The translations under genes and the position numbers were made by a program. Shown in pieces: positions 30,762-40,028 of a stretch of 64,000 nucleotides of DNA. The notes below the pieces were generated by a model. The model was not told the origin of the DNA, did not search any database, and worked only from the letters and a program-made list of their open reading frames with translations. The stretch comes from an uncultured delta proteobacterium (lineage in GTDB: Bacteria > Myxococcota_A > Polyangia > Polyangiales > Polyangiaceae): positions 6,400,001 to 6,464,000 of the forward strand of contig CAWAIF010000003.1 of NCBI GenBank assembly GCA_963782055.1. The letters are read 5' to 3'. Numbering within the stretch: position 1 is the first letter of the stretch; every line of letters starts with the position of its first letter.

Positions 30762-31885
30762 TGGCCGGCGACCTCCTCGGCCGCGCGCGCAAGCGCCTCC
30801 GCGCCTGGCAGATCGAGGGCGGCGACACCCACGTGCTCGCGGTGGCGCGCATCCTCTTCGGCCTGCTCCTCTTCTGGCAGGCGCTGGACGCCGCAAGGGC
30901 CCTCCACGACTCGCGCTACTTCGGCGACGTCTTCCACATGCCGATGATCCCGGAGGCCCTGGTGCCCTCGCGCACCGTCTACGTCGGCATCCTCGCGGCG
31001 CAGATGCTCTGCGCGGCGCTGGTCGTCGTCGGCCACCAGGCGCGCCCCGCCCTCCTCTTCTCCGCCCTCTCCGTCGTCTACGTGCTGCTCTGCGACCGGC
31101 TGCACTACCACCACAACCGCTACGCCCTCGCCTGCTACGCCTTCCTGCTCGCCTTCTCCCCGTGCGACCGCACCCTCGTGCTCGGGCAGACCCCGGAGGA
31201 GGAGGACCGCTTCGGCCCGCTGTGGGCGCAGCGCCTCGCGCAGCTCCAGGTGAGCATCATCTACCTCGCCTCCGGCGGCTCGAAGCTCCTCGACGCCGAC
31301 TGGCGCCATGGTCTCGTCTTGCTCGACCGCCTGACCCGCTACGGGTACATCGCGCTCGACAAGGGCGTACCGCAGCGCGTGGTCGCCGCCTTCCAGCAGC
31401 CGCTGGTCGCCAGCGGCCTGGCGAAGGCCGCCATCGCCACCGAGCTGCTGCTCGCGGTCGGCCTCTGGGTGCCTCGGCTGCGCGCGCCGCTCCTCTGGTG
31501 GGGCGTCATGTTTCACCTCACCATCCAGGTCACCAGCCAGGTCGAGCTCTTCACCTGGACCACGCTGGTCGCCTACGCCCTCTTCGCCACGCCCGACCGG
31601 CGCGCGCGCAAGCTGCGGTTCGATCCCTCGCGCCGCGTCTGGAAGTGGCTCGCGCGGGGCATCAAGGCGCTCGACTGGCTCTCGCGCTACGAGCTCAAGG
31701 CCTGGGAGCCCGACCGCCTCCGCGCGCGCTCGCTGGTGGTCGTGCGCCGCGACGGCAGCATCGCCACCGGCCTGCGCGCCGCGGCGATGGTGGCGCGCAC
31801 CACGCCGCTGCTGTTTCCCCTCTGGGGACCGCTCGCCCTCGTCGCCGCCTTCACCAAGAGAGGCGACGCCGGCGTCCGTTCGTGA
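30761..31885 (+). CDS. HTTM-domain protein (vitamin K-dependent gamma-carboxylase-like) with C-terminal DCC1/DUF393-like domain
   Basis: ARILFG, YHHNRY, QVSIIYLASGGSKLLDADWRHG, GVMFHLTI; tail LRFDP..IKALDW..VVRRDG..GLRAAAMVARTTP. Confidence 0.85.
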   Translation: MAGDLLGRARKRLRAWQIEGGDTHVLAVARILFGLLLFWQALDAARALHDSRYFGDVFHMPMIPEALVPSRTVYVGILAAQMLCAALVVVGHQARPALLFSALSVVYVLLCDRLHYHHNRYALACYAFLLAFSPCDRTLVLGQTPEEEDRFGPLWAQRLAQLQVSIIYLASGGSKLLDADWRHGLVLLDRLTRYGYIALDKGVPQRVVAAFQQPLVASGLAKAAIATELLLAVGLWVPRLRAPLLWWGVMFHLTIQVTSQVELFTWTTLVAYALFATPDRRARKLRFDPSRRVWKWLARGIKALDWLSRYELKAWEPDRLRARSLVVVRRDGSIATGLRAAAMVARTTPLLFPLWGPLALVAAFTKRGDAGVRS

Positions 31886-31901
31886 GAGTGTCGGAGGCCG
31901 C

Positions 31902-33731
31902 ATGGCCCCGCGCGCGCGTGCGCTCCTCGTGCTCCCGCTGATCCTCGCCCTCGGCGCGCCGGCCGCCGCCGCGGGCCCGGCGGACCCCTCCGCGCCGGTG
32001 TCGGAGACCTTCGGTTACTCGCCGTACGAGACCGAGACCATCGCGATGGTCCTTGAGCGCCTCCACGCGCGCGCCGAGCCCGCGCCGGACGGCAAGATCA
32101 TCGAGGGCATCGACGTCGTGCGCCTGGAGGTCTTCGAGCACCGCGATCCGGTGCCGTACTTCCTGAACGCCTTCCACGCCACCTCCAAGGAGTGGGTCAT
32201 CCGGCGCGAGGTGCTCCAGGACGTCGGCGACAAGTACGACCAGCTCCTCGTCGACGAGACCGCGCGCAACCTCCGTTCTCTCCCGCAGCTCTCCCTCGTG
32301 CTCACCGTCGCGGTGAAGGGCTCCTCCCCGGGCAAGGTGCGCCTGGTGGTCATCACCAAGGACGTCTGGAGCCTGCGACTGCAGTGGGACATCATCCTCA
32401 CCAACGGCGGCCTGGAGCGCCTCGTCCTGCAGCCGGCGGAGACCAACCTCCTCGGCATCCACCACACCCTCGGCGCCAACTTCCTCTACCAGCCGCTCTC
32501 CACCTCCCTGGGCGCGTACTACGTCGTGCCCCGCTTCGGGCGGTCGCGCGTCGAGGCGACCGCCAGCGGCAACGTCGTCGTCGACAACACCACCGGCAGC
32601 CCGGAGGGCTCCTTCGGCGGCGCCACCGTCGCCCAGCCCCTCTGGTCCACGCGCACCCCCTGGGCGTGGAGCGCCACCGCGCAGTGGCGCAACGAGATCA
32701 CCCGCCGCTACTCCGAGGCGGCGCTCGCCACCTACGACTCGCCCCTCACCCCGCAGAAGGACGGCATCCCGTACGAGTACCACAGCGATCTGGCCCTCGC
32801 CGAGGCGAGCGTCACCCGCTCCTTCGGCTGGAAATACAAGAACGACTTCGTCCTCTCCTTCCAGGCGCTGCACCGCAGCTACTCCACCCTCGACCTCTCC
32901 GGCTTCGACCCCGCCGCCGTCGCCCAGTTCCGCGCGACGCGCGTCCCCATGAACGACGACCGCGTCGGTCCGGCGCTCCAGTGGCGCACCTACACCAACG
33001 ACTTCGCCCGGGTGCTCGACCTGGAGACGCTCGGCCTGCAGGAGGACGTGCGCCTCGGCCACTACCTCGGCGTGAAGGTCTACCCCGTCTCGCAGAACCT
33101 CGGCTCCACGCGCACCTTCCTGGGCGTCTTCGCCGAGGCCGGCTACACCGCGGCGATCAAGGACGGCATCTTCCGCGTGGACGTCCAGAACACGACCGAG
33201 GCCAACACCACCGACGTGCTGCAGGGCGTCTTCGACGCCGAGACCTACTTCGCCACCCCGCGCTTCGGCATCGGCCGCCTGATCTGGGCGGGCCGCTTCA
33301 TCGACCGCTACGCCGACTACCTCAACCAGGTCAGCTACGTCGGCGCCAACAGCGTGCTGCGCGGCTACCCGAGCAACTTCTTCGTCGGCAAGAACGTCGT
33401 CGCCTCCAACCTGGAGTACCGCTCGCGTCCCCTCGAGATCCTCAAGGTCCAGGTGGGCGGTGTCCTCTTCTACGACGCGGCCAGCGCCTTCGACGACTGG
33501 TCGCAGGTCGTGCCGCGGCACGCCGTCGGCTTCGGCGTGCGCGCGCTGCTCCCCCAGTTCGACCGCATCGTCTTCCGCGCCGACCTCGGCTTCCCCATCT
33601 CGGCCAGCCCGCTGCCCGCGGGCGTCGGCCCCGTCACCTTCTACGTCACCTTCGCGCAGGCGCTGGAGGCGCCGCAGTTCGGGCCCCCGTCCTCCAGCAT
33701 CGGCGCGCTGCTCGGCTCGACCTCGCGCTGA
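31902..33731 (+). CDS. Omp85 (BamA/TamA)-like outer membrane protein with POTRA-like domain
   Basis: Signal peptide; TSKEWVIRREVL..ETARNLR, ETNLLG, LRGYP, NLEYR, FYDAA, GFGVR, RADLGFP. Confidence 0.85.
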   Translation: MAPRARALLVLPLILALGAPAAAAGPADPSAPVSETFGYSPYETETIAMVLERLHARAEPAPDGKIIEGIDVVRLEVFEHRDPVPYFLNAFHATSKEWVIRREVLQDVGDKYDQLLVDETARNLRSLPQLSLVLTVAVKGSSPGKVRLVVITKDVWSLRLQWDIILTNGGLERLVLQPAETNLLGIHHTLGANFLYQPLSTSLGAYYVVPRFGRSRVEATASGNVVVDNTTGSPEGSFGGATVAQPLWSTRTPWAWSATAQWRNEITRRYSEAALATYDSPLTPQKDGIPYEYHSDLALAEASVTRSFGWKYKNDFVLSFQALHRSYSTLDLSGFDPAAVAQFRATRVPMNDDRVGPALQWRTYTNDFARVLDLETLGLQEDVRLGHYLGVKVYPVSQNLGSTRTFLGVFAEAGYTAAIKDGIFRVDVQNTTEANTTDVLQGVFDAETYFATPRFGIGRLIWAGRFIDRYADYLNQVSYVGANSVLRGYPSNFFVGKNVVASNLEYRSRPLEILKVQVGGVLFYDAASAFDDWSQVVPRHAVGFGVRALLPQFDRIVFRADLGFPISASPLPAGVGPVTFYVTFAQALEAPQFGPPSSSIGALLGSTSR

Positions 33732-33787
33732 CCTTCACGCGCCAGCGGTGCCGAGCGCCGGGCCGACGCCTTCACGCCATCGCGCGC

Positions 33788-34096
33788 TCAGTCCGGCGGG
33801 ATGCAGATTGGCGCGGAGCCGTCACAGCCGGCGCGGCACGCCGCTCCGCTACCGAAGCGCGCGACGCACCGGTTGTCCTCGGTGCACGCGACGGTGCAGA
33901 TGTTCGCCATCGACGAGCACCCGTTTCCGACGGGCAGCGACTCGGTCAGGCACGTCGTCCCGCCGCCGCAGTCCGGCTCGACCACGTTGCACGGCTCGCC
34001 CGGCGGGATCTCGCCCGCGTCGCTCTTGCCCCCGCATCCGGCAGCCACCAGCGCGAGGCAGATGACCAGGACCGGGCTCCAGGGGAACCGCGTCAT
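33788..34096 (-). CDS. Small Cys-rich lipoprotein, hypothetical
   Basis: MTRFPWSPVLVICLALVAAGC lipobox; GGAGG SD; 10 further Cys. Confidence 0.75.
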   Translation of the reverse strand: MTRFPWSPVLVICLALVAAGCGGKSDAGEIPPGEPCNVVEPDCGGGTTCLTESLPVGNGCSSMANICTVACTEDNRCVARFGSGAACRAGCDGSAPICIPPD

Positions 34097-34174
34097 CCAG
34101 CCTCCGTCCGCCTCGTCCAGGCTTGCCGCAGAGCCTGCACGATCGCGCCGCGGCCGGCGCACGACGGAGCACCA

Positions 34175-34352
34175 TCCTCCCCGTGTGGCGCGCGGAGCGC
34201 GACACCGTGGGGAGGAAGCGCCACGCGCAGGGCTCGCGCGCAAGCCTTCTCGCGCGCCGGAACATGTGTATCCTGCATACATTGGCGGCGCGCGAGAAGG
34301 CGAGCACGAGCCCGAGCATGGCGCCAGGAGGGGCCCACCCCCCTCTTCGCCC
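34175..34352. repeat. Structured REP-like/ncRNA-like element, copy 2, carrying a long internal hairpin
   Basis: TCCTCCCC/GGGGAGGA stem; GCGCCA-CGCGCA-GGGCTC..GAGCCC-GAGCA-TGGCGC; perfect 16-bp inverted repeat 34244-59 / 34286-301. Confidence 0.65.
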
Positions 34353-34358
34353 CACCCC

Positions 34359-36263
34359 TCACCACTCCGTGCGCTGGACCACCGGGAGCTGCAGCGCGCG
34401 CTCGCGGTCCAGGTCCAGGTTGCCCACGTGGAGGCTGAGCGGCGCCTGCACCCACTTGTAGATGGACTGCACGAAGAGGCGCCCGAAGCGCTCGGCCCAG
34501 GCGTCGGTCTTCTGGGCGCCGTGCTCCGGGAACATGGCGCCGAGCACGGTCGCCACCTCCTCGACGCTCATCTTCTCCCCCGCGTAGAGCGCGAAGCACG
34601 CGTCCAGCACCGGGAAGGGCATCAGCTCCCGCTCGTCCTCCTGGTCCTCCGCCAGCTCCGCCGACGCGGGCTTCTTCAAGGTCAGCCGGATCGCCTCCGA
34701 GCCCGTCGTCTCCAGCAGGTAGTCCAGGAGCATGTTCACCACCGTCTTGGGCACGTTGGCGATCACCGAGAGCGCGCCCTCCAGGTCCCCGCCGATGGTG
34801 CAGTACCCCACCGCCTTCTCGCTCATGTTGCTCGTCTGCAGGAAGAGGCCGCCCGCGGAGTTGGCCCACGTCCACATCCGCTCCGCGCGCACGCGCGCCT
34901 GCGCGTTCTGCCGCGCCATCGGCGTCAGCGCCTCGCCCGGCTGGAGCATCCCCTTCACCGCCTCCAGCTCCCGCTCGAACGCCTCGTCGATGGGCACCTC
35001 GGCGTAGACCGCGCCCAGCTCCTCCGCCGTCTTCTTCGCCGCCGCCCGCGTCTCCTCCGAGGAGTAGCGGCTGGGCATGAAGAAGCCGCGCAGGATCGCC
35101 CGCGCCTTCGCGTCGCGCCCCGCCTGGTCCAGCGCGGCGAAGCGCCTGTCGACGTAGCGCCGCGCGATCCACAGGCTGAGCAGGCTGTCGCGCCCGCCGG
35201 AGAGCGCCACGCCGATCGTCTTGAAGGCGCGCGTCTTCTCGAAGTAGTCGCCCACCCCGACGGCGAGCGCGTCGAGCAGGTCCTCGCAGAAGCGCGCGCG
35301 GGGATCGGGCGGCGGCGCGCTGGTGTCGGGCAGGAAGAAGCTCCGGTTCGCCGGCACCGGGTAGGTGAGCTTCGCCCGGCCGGGGGCCTTCGCCTCCACG
35401 CGCACCCGCCGCACCGCCGGCGTCGCGTCCAGGAAGGCCCGGCGGTCGTGCCGCCAGGTGGTGTTCTCCGATCGCAGCCGCTCGGTGCGGTCCAGGTCCA
35501 CCGTCACCGCGGCCACGCCCTCCTGGAAGCGCGGTGCGTCCAGCAGCACCCGCCCGTTCTGCGCGACGAACCCGCCGCCGTCGAAGATCAGGCCGTCGTT
35601 GGCGCCGAACAAGTTGCAGTATGCAACCGTCGCCTGGTTGTCCGCCGCGCGCGTGGCGATCATCTCCCGCCGCGTCTCCATGATCCCCAGCCGGAAGGGC
35701 GACGCGGAGAGGTTGAGCACCAGCTCCGCCCCCGCGTAGCACCGCCGCCGCATCGGCCCGTCGGGCGACCAGAGGTCCTCGCACACCTCCACCGCGAAGG
35801 TGGCGAAGGGCGCGTCGAACACCATGTCCCCGAAGGGCACGCCGCCGATCTCCCCGCTCAGCCCCGGCTCCCCGCGCGAGAGCGTGCGCTCCTCGTAGAA
35901 GACGTTGTAGGTGGGCAGCTTCTCCTTCGGCACCAGGCCCAGCACCCCGCCGCCGTGCACGACGGCCGCCGCGTTGTAGAGGCTGGGGCCCCGCGCGACC
36001 GTCAGGCCGAGCGTGAAGATCGCCTCGTCGCTCGCCGTCGCCTCCGCGAAGGCGCCGAGCGCCTCCCACTGCGCCGCCACGAAGGCCCGCCACTGCACCA
36101 GGTCCTCCGGCGCGTACCCGCCCAGCACCTGCTCCGGCAGCGCCACGAAGGTCGCCCCCTTGGCGGCCGCCTCCCGCGCGAGCTCGATCGCCCGCGCCGC
36201 GTTGCTCTTCACCGCGCCCACCGTGCTGTTGGCGGTCGCCAGGGCGATCCGAATGAGTCTCAT
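34359..36263 (-). CDS. nadE: Glutamine-dependent NAD+ synthetase
   Basis: Nitrilase-type domain (LPE, KEKLPTYNVFYEER, VCEDLW) plus synthetase domain (LSGGRDS, QNAQARVR, NMSE, SAEL). Confidence 0.95.
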   Translation of the reverse strand: MRLIRIALATANSTVGAVKSNAARAIELAREAAAKGATFVALPEQVLGGYAPEDLVQWRAFVAAQWEALGAFAEATASDEAIFTLGLTVARGPSLYNAAAVVHGGGVLGLVPKEKLPTYNVFYEERTLSRGEPGLSGEIGGVPFGDMVFDAPFATFAVEVCEDLWSPDGPMRRRCYAGAELVLNLSASPFRLGIMETRREMIATRAADNQATVAYCNLFGANDGLIFDGGGFVAQNGRVLLDAPRFQEGVAAVTVDLDRTERLRSENTTWRHDRRAFLDATPAVRRVRVEAKAPGRAKLTYPVPANRSFFLPDTSAPPPDPRARFCEDLLDALAVGVGDYFEKTRAFKTIGVALSGGRDSLLSLWIARRYVDRRFAALDQAGRDAKARAILRGFFMPSRYSSEETRAAAKKTAEELGAVYAEVPIDEAFERELEAVKGMLQPGEALTPMARQNAQARVRAERMWTWANSAGGLFLQTSNMSEKAVGYCTIGGDLEGALSVIANVPKTVVNMLLDYLLETTGSEAIRLTLKKPASAELAEDQEDERELMPFPVLDACFALYAGEKMSVEEVATVLGAMFPEHGAQKTDAWAERFGRLFVQSIYKWVQAPLSLHVGNLDLDRERALQLPVVQRTEW

Positions 36264-36293
36264 TGACTGTTTCTCGCTAGCCCTTCTCTAGGG

Positions 36294-37184
36294 TCACCGG
36301 AAGGCTCCGACCAGCCCCTCGTACACGCTGGCGTGGGCCGCCACGCTCGCCTCCACGTCGCGATGGTACCCGCCGCCGAGCGTCACGACGAGGGGCACGG
36401 CCAGCCGCCTCGCCAGGGCGAAGACCGCCTCGTTGCGGGCGCGCAGGCCGGCCAGGGTGAGCCGCATCCGCCCGAGGCGGTCGCCGGCGAGCACGTCCAC
36501 GCCCGCCTGGAAGAAGAGCAGCTCCGGACGGAAGCCCTCCACACGCTCCAGCGCGCCGCCCAGCGCGGCGAGGTACGTGGCGTCGTCGCACGCGTCGGGC
36601 AGCTCCACGTCGAGGGAGCTCCGCTCCTTCCGGAAGGGGTAATTACGTGCACCATGCAAGGACACGGTGAGCACGTCGTCGTCGCCGGCGAAGATGGCCG
36701 CGGTGCCGTTGCCCTGGTGCACGTCCAGGTCCACCACCGCCGCGCGGCGCACGCCGTGATCGCGCCGCGCGACCCGCACCGCGACCGCGATGTCGTTGAA
36801 GACGCAGAAGCCCTCCCCGCGATCGGCGAAGGCGTGGTGCGTGCCGCCGGCGATGTGCCCCGACGCTCCCTCCTGCAGCGCCCACGCCAGCGCGGCCAGC
36901 GTCCCGCCCACGCTGCGCAGCGATCGCTCCACGAGCATCTCCGACCACGGGAAGCCGAGCCGCCGCACCGCCTTCTCCTCGAGCGTCCCGTCCTTCACCG
37001 CCCTGACGTACGCGCCGTCGTGGACGAGCGTGACGTCCTCCACCGTCGCGCGCGCCCCTCGCTGCATCGCCCACGGGAACGCCCCCGACAGCCGCGCGTG
37101 GAGCTTGCCGTACTTGGCGATCGGAAACCGATGCCCCGGCGGTAACGGCAACCGGTGCAGGTTCTCGGTGAAGATCAGCCGCAC
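36294..37184 (-). CDS. Zn-dependent histone deacetylase family protein
   Basis: HRFP, GGTHHA, GFCVFND, DLDVHQGNGT, AGVD, LGGGY. GTG start inferred. Confidence 0.92.
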   Translation of the reverse strand: MRLIFTENLHRLPLPPGHRFPIAKYGKLHARLSGAFPWAMQRGARATVEDVTLVHDGAYVRAVKDGTLEEKAVRRLGFPWSEMLVERSLRSVGGTLAALAWALQEGASGHIAGGTHHAFADRGEGFCVFNDIAVAVRVARRDHGVRRAAVVDLDVHQGNGTAAIFAGDDDVLTVSLHGARNYPFRKERSSLDVELPDACDDATYLAALGGALERVEGFRPELLFFQAGVDVLAGDRLGRMRLTLAGLRARNEAVFALARRLAVPLVVTLGGGYHRDVEASVAAHASVYEGLVGAFR

Positions 37185-37265
37185 CCCCTCATTGGTACCT
37201 GCAACCCGCCGCCGCGCAAACGGGGACTCCCGCGCCGATTTGCCCGAAATCGGACCCCACCCGTC

Positions 37266-37293
37266 TTGACGCCCCCCGCCCCATCCACACGAT
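37266..37293 (+). promoter_or_regulatory. Sigma-70-type promoter for nfeD, probably leaderless
   Basis: TTGACG-N16-CACGAT ending 6 nt before GTG 37300. Confidence 0.5.
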
Positions 37294-37299
37294 CCGTAG

Positions 37300-38688
37300 G
37301 TGAGCCGCCACATCTTTCGCCGCTGGACGCGAGGACTCTTCCTCCTCCTCTTTGCCGTCGCCGGCCTGGGCTGGTCGGCGGCCGCCCGGGCGGAGACGTA
37401 CGTCCACATCGGCATCACCGGCGTCATCAACCCGGTCGAGGCGCGCTACGTGCGCCACGCGCTGGACGTCGCGCACGATCGGCACGCGGCCTTCCTGCTC
37501 GTCTCCATCGACACCCCCGGCGGCCTCGTCAGCTCCATGGAGGAGATCACCTCCGCCATCACCAACGCCAACGTCCCGGTCGTCGGCTTCGTCGAGCCCA
37601 CGAGCGCGCAGGCCACCAGCGCCGGCGCCTTCATCCTGCTCGCCACCGACATCGCGGCCATGGAGCCCCACACCCGCGTGGGCGCCTCCCATCCGGTCGG
37701 CAACGAGGGCAAGGACCTCTCCAGCGTCATGAACGAGAAGGCGACCAACAGCCTGGTGTCGCTCGCCAAGTCCCTCGCCGCCCGTCGCGGCCGCCCGGAG
37801 AGCTTCGGCGAGTCCATCGTGCGCAACTCGGCCAGCTACACCGCGGAGGAGGCCAAGGCGAAGGGCGCTGTGGAGATCCTGGCGCCCGACCGCGCCGACC
37901 TGCTGCGCCAGCTCGACGGCCGCGCCGTCACCGTCCACGGGCACGAGGTCGTCCTGCACACGCAGGGGGCGCAGGCGATCGAGCTACCCCTCTCCTGGCC
38001 CGCGCGCCTGCTGGATCACCTCGCCGACCCGACGATCGCGTCGATGCTGCTGTCCCTCGGCATGCTGGGGATCCTCTACGAGCTCTCCTCCCCCGGCATC
38101 GGCGCCGCGGGGATCGTCGGCGTCGTCTCGCTGCTCACCGGCCTCTGGGCGATGAGCGTGCTCCCGGTGGAGCTGAGCGGCGTGCTGCTGCTCGTGGCCG
38201 GCTTCGTCGCCATCGCGATCGAGATCAAGGTGCAGAGCCACGGCGCGCTCGCCTTCGGCGGCGTGGTGTCGCTGCTGCTCGGCGGGCTCATGCTCGTCGA
38301 CAGGGCGAGCTACTTCGGCGGCACGCAGCAGGTCGACTGGCGCGTCTTCGCGCCCTTCCTGGCGCTCGCGACGGCCGCGGTGGTCTTCCTCGCCTCGGTG
38401 GTGCTGCGGTCGCAGCACGCCCGCCTCCAGACGGGCGTGGAGTCGCTGGTGGGGCGCAGCGGTCACGCCCGCTCCACCTTTCGCGCCGCCGGCGGCGGTT
38501 TCGCGGGTACGGTCTTCGTGGACGGGGCGCGCTGGGCGGCCAGGTCCGCCGCCCCGCTGGAGGACGGGGCGGACGTGATCGTCACCGCGGTGCTCGCCGG
38601 TCCGGCGCGCCTGGAGGTTCGCCCGGCGACGCAGCCGAAGAGCCCCGGGGGCGAGGTGCGCGTCGAGCCAACGCTCGCGAGGCCGTGA
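37300..38688 (+). CDS. nfeD: NfeD membrane-bound ClpP-like serine protease
   Basis: IDTPGG, ATSAG, GASHPV, TM region (ELSSPG) and C-terminal OB fold ([12 protein letters not shown]). Confidence 0.93.
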   Translation: MSRHIFRRWTRGLFLLLFAVAGLGWSAAARAETYVHIGITGVINPVEARYVRHALDVAHDRHAAFLLVSIDTPGGLVSSMEEITSAITNANVPVVGFVEPTSAQATSAGAFILLATDIAAMEPHTRVGASHPVGNEGKDLSSVMNEKATNSLVSLAKSLAARRGRPESFGESIVRNSASYTAEEAKAKGAVEILAPDRADLLRQLDGRAVTVHGHEVVLHTQGAQAIELPLSWPARLLDHLADPTIASMLLSLGMLGILYELSSPGIGAAGIVGVVSLLTGLWAMSVLPVELSGVLLLVAGFVAIAIEIKVQSHGALAFGGVVSLLLGGLMLVDRASYFGGTQQVDWRVFAPFLALATAAVVFLASVVLRSQHARLQTGVESLVGRSGHARSTFRAAGGGFAGTVFVDGARWAARSAAPLEDGADVIVTAVLAGPARLEVRPATQPKSPGGEVRVEPTLARP

Positions 38689-38725
38689 CCCGCGAGCTCG
38701 AGTCAGAGTGAAAGGAGCTTCTTCG

Positions 38726-39511
38726 ATGGATCCCAATGTGCTTCTGATCGGGCTGTCGCTCGTCGCGGCGATGGTCTTTCTGGTGGTGGCGCGCGCCGTC
38801 CGCATCGTCAAGGAGTACGAGCGCGGCGTCGTCTTCCGCCTCGGCCGCGTGGAGCCGGGCAACGTGAAGGGCCCCGGCCTGCGGCTGCTCGTGCCCTTCA
38901 TCGATCGCATGCTCAAGGTCGACCTGCGCACCGTCACCCTGGACGTGCCCCCGCAGGAGGTCATCACGAAGGACAACGTGACGATCAAGGTCAACGCGGT
39001 CGTCTACTTCAACGTGATGAACCCGGTGGACGCCGTCATCAAGATCGCCAACCACTTCGTCGCCACCTCGCTCTACGCCCAGACCACCCTGCGCAACATC
39101 CTCGGCCAGCACGAGCTGGACGAGATCCTGGCGGAGCGCGAGAAGATCGGCCAGGCGCTGCAGCGCATCATCGACGAGGCGACCGACGCATGGGGCGTCA
39201 AGGTGAGCGCGGTGGAGATCAAGGACATCGAGCTGCCGGAGGTCATGCGCCGCGCCATGGCGCGCCAGGCGGAGGCCGAGCGCGAGCGCCGGGCGAAGGT
39301 CATCGCCGCGGAGGGCGAGTTCCAGGCCTCGCAGAAGCTGATGGAGGCCGCGCAGATACTCGAGAAGAGCGCGTCGGCGCTGCAGCTGCGTTACCTGCAG
39401 ACGCTGGTGGAGATCGGCGTGGAGAACTCGACGACCGTCGTCTTCCCGCTGCCGCTCGACCTCGTCGGCCCCTTCAAGGAGCTGCTGACCACGAAGAACT
39501 CGCAGCGTTGA
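38726..39511 (+). CDS. SPFH/stomatin (slipin) family protein
   Basis: [46 protein letters not shown]; usual nfeD partner. Confidence 0.95.
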   Translation: MDPNVLLIGLSLVAAMVFLVVARAVRIVKEYERGVVFRLGRVEPGNVKGPGLRLLVPFIDRMLKVDLRTVTLDVPPQEVITKDNVTIKVNAVVYFNVMNPVDAVIKIANHFVATSLYAQTTLRNILGQHELDEILAEREKIGQALQRIIDEATDAWGVKVSAVEIKDIELPEVMRRAMARQAEAERERRAKVIAAEGEFQASQKLMEAAQILEKSASALQLRYLQTLVEIGVENSTTVVFPLPLDLVGPFKELLTTKNSQR

Positions 39512-39521
39512 CGCGGGTGGC

Positions 39522-39537
39522 AGGCACCGGTCTTGCT
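39522..39537 (+). promoter_or_regulatory. Sigma-54 -24/-12 motif
   Basis: AGGCACCGGTCTTGCT: GG-N10-GC with GGCAC and TTGC; ATG 39549 lies about 12 nt downstream. Confidence 0.6.
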
Positions 39538-39548
39538 TCACCCCAGGC

Positions 39549-39878
39549 ATGACCGGCGCCCTGCTGCCCCTGCTCGTCGCCGTCGTGTTCTGCGCGGTCA
39601 CCTCCGCGCTGGTGTTCCGCGGCGTGCGCGTCCGGCAGGCCAGAAATCTCATCGCCTTCGGCGCCGTGGTGATCGACGTGAACCCCGAGGGTGTACCCGC
39701 GCGCGAGAGGTCGCGTCGCGTGCCGCTCGACGACATCATCGATCGCGCGGGCGACCTCGCCGCCAAGGACGACGCCGTGGTGATCATCGGCCGGCACCTG
39801 CGCGCCGTGCGCGCCGCCTACAGGCTGCGCGCCCTCGGCTTCCGCCACGTCACCGCCGTCGCCGCGCTCCGCGGCTGA
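39549..39878 (+). CDS. Membrane-anchored rhodanese-like protein lacking the catalytic Cys
   Basis: TM, then GAVVIDV..VPLDDI..AVVIIGRHLRAVRAAYRLRALGFRHV. Confidence 0.65.
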   Translation: MTGALLPLLVAVVFCAVTSALVFRGVRVRQARNLIAFGAVVIDVNPEGVPARERSRRVPLDDIIDRAGDLAAKDDAVVIIGRHLRAVRAAYRLRALGFRHVTAVAALRG

Positions 39879-39988
39879 CGCGCGCATCTCCTTCGCGACG
39901 GCGCGAGCCATGCACCTGACCGTCGCCGCGGCCCCCGCCGCCCCCGCTCTTTGCGCGAGCCGCGCTGCACTCCGCGCGGCCAGGTGAG

Positions 39989-40004
39989 GGGCACCCTTGA
40001 TGCA
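39989..40004 (+). promoter_or_regulatory. Sigma-54 -24/-12 motif
   Basis: GGGCACCCTTGATGCA, GG-N10-GC, 25 nt upstream of ATG 40029. Confidence 0.45.
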
Positions 40005-40028
40005 ACCCGTACGTGCGTGCCCCCCGCG

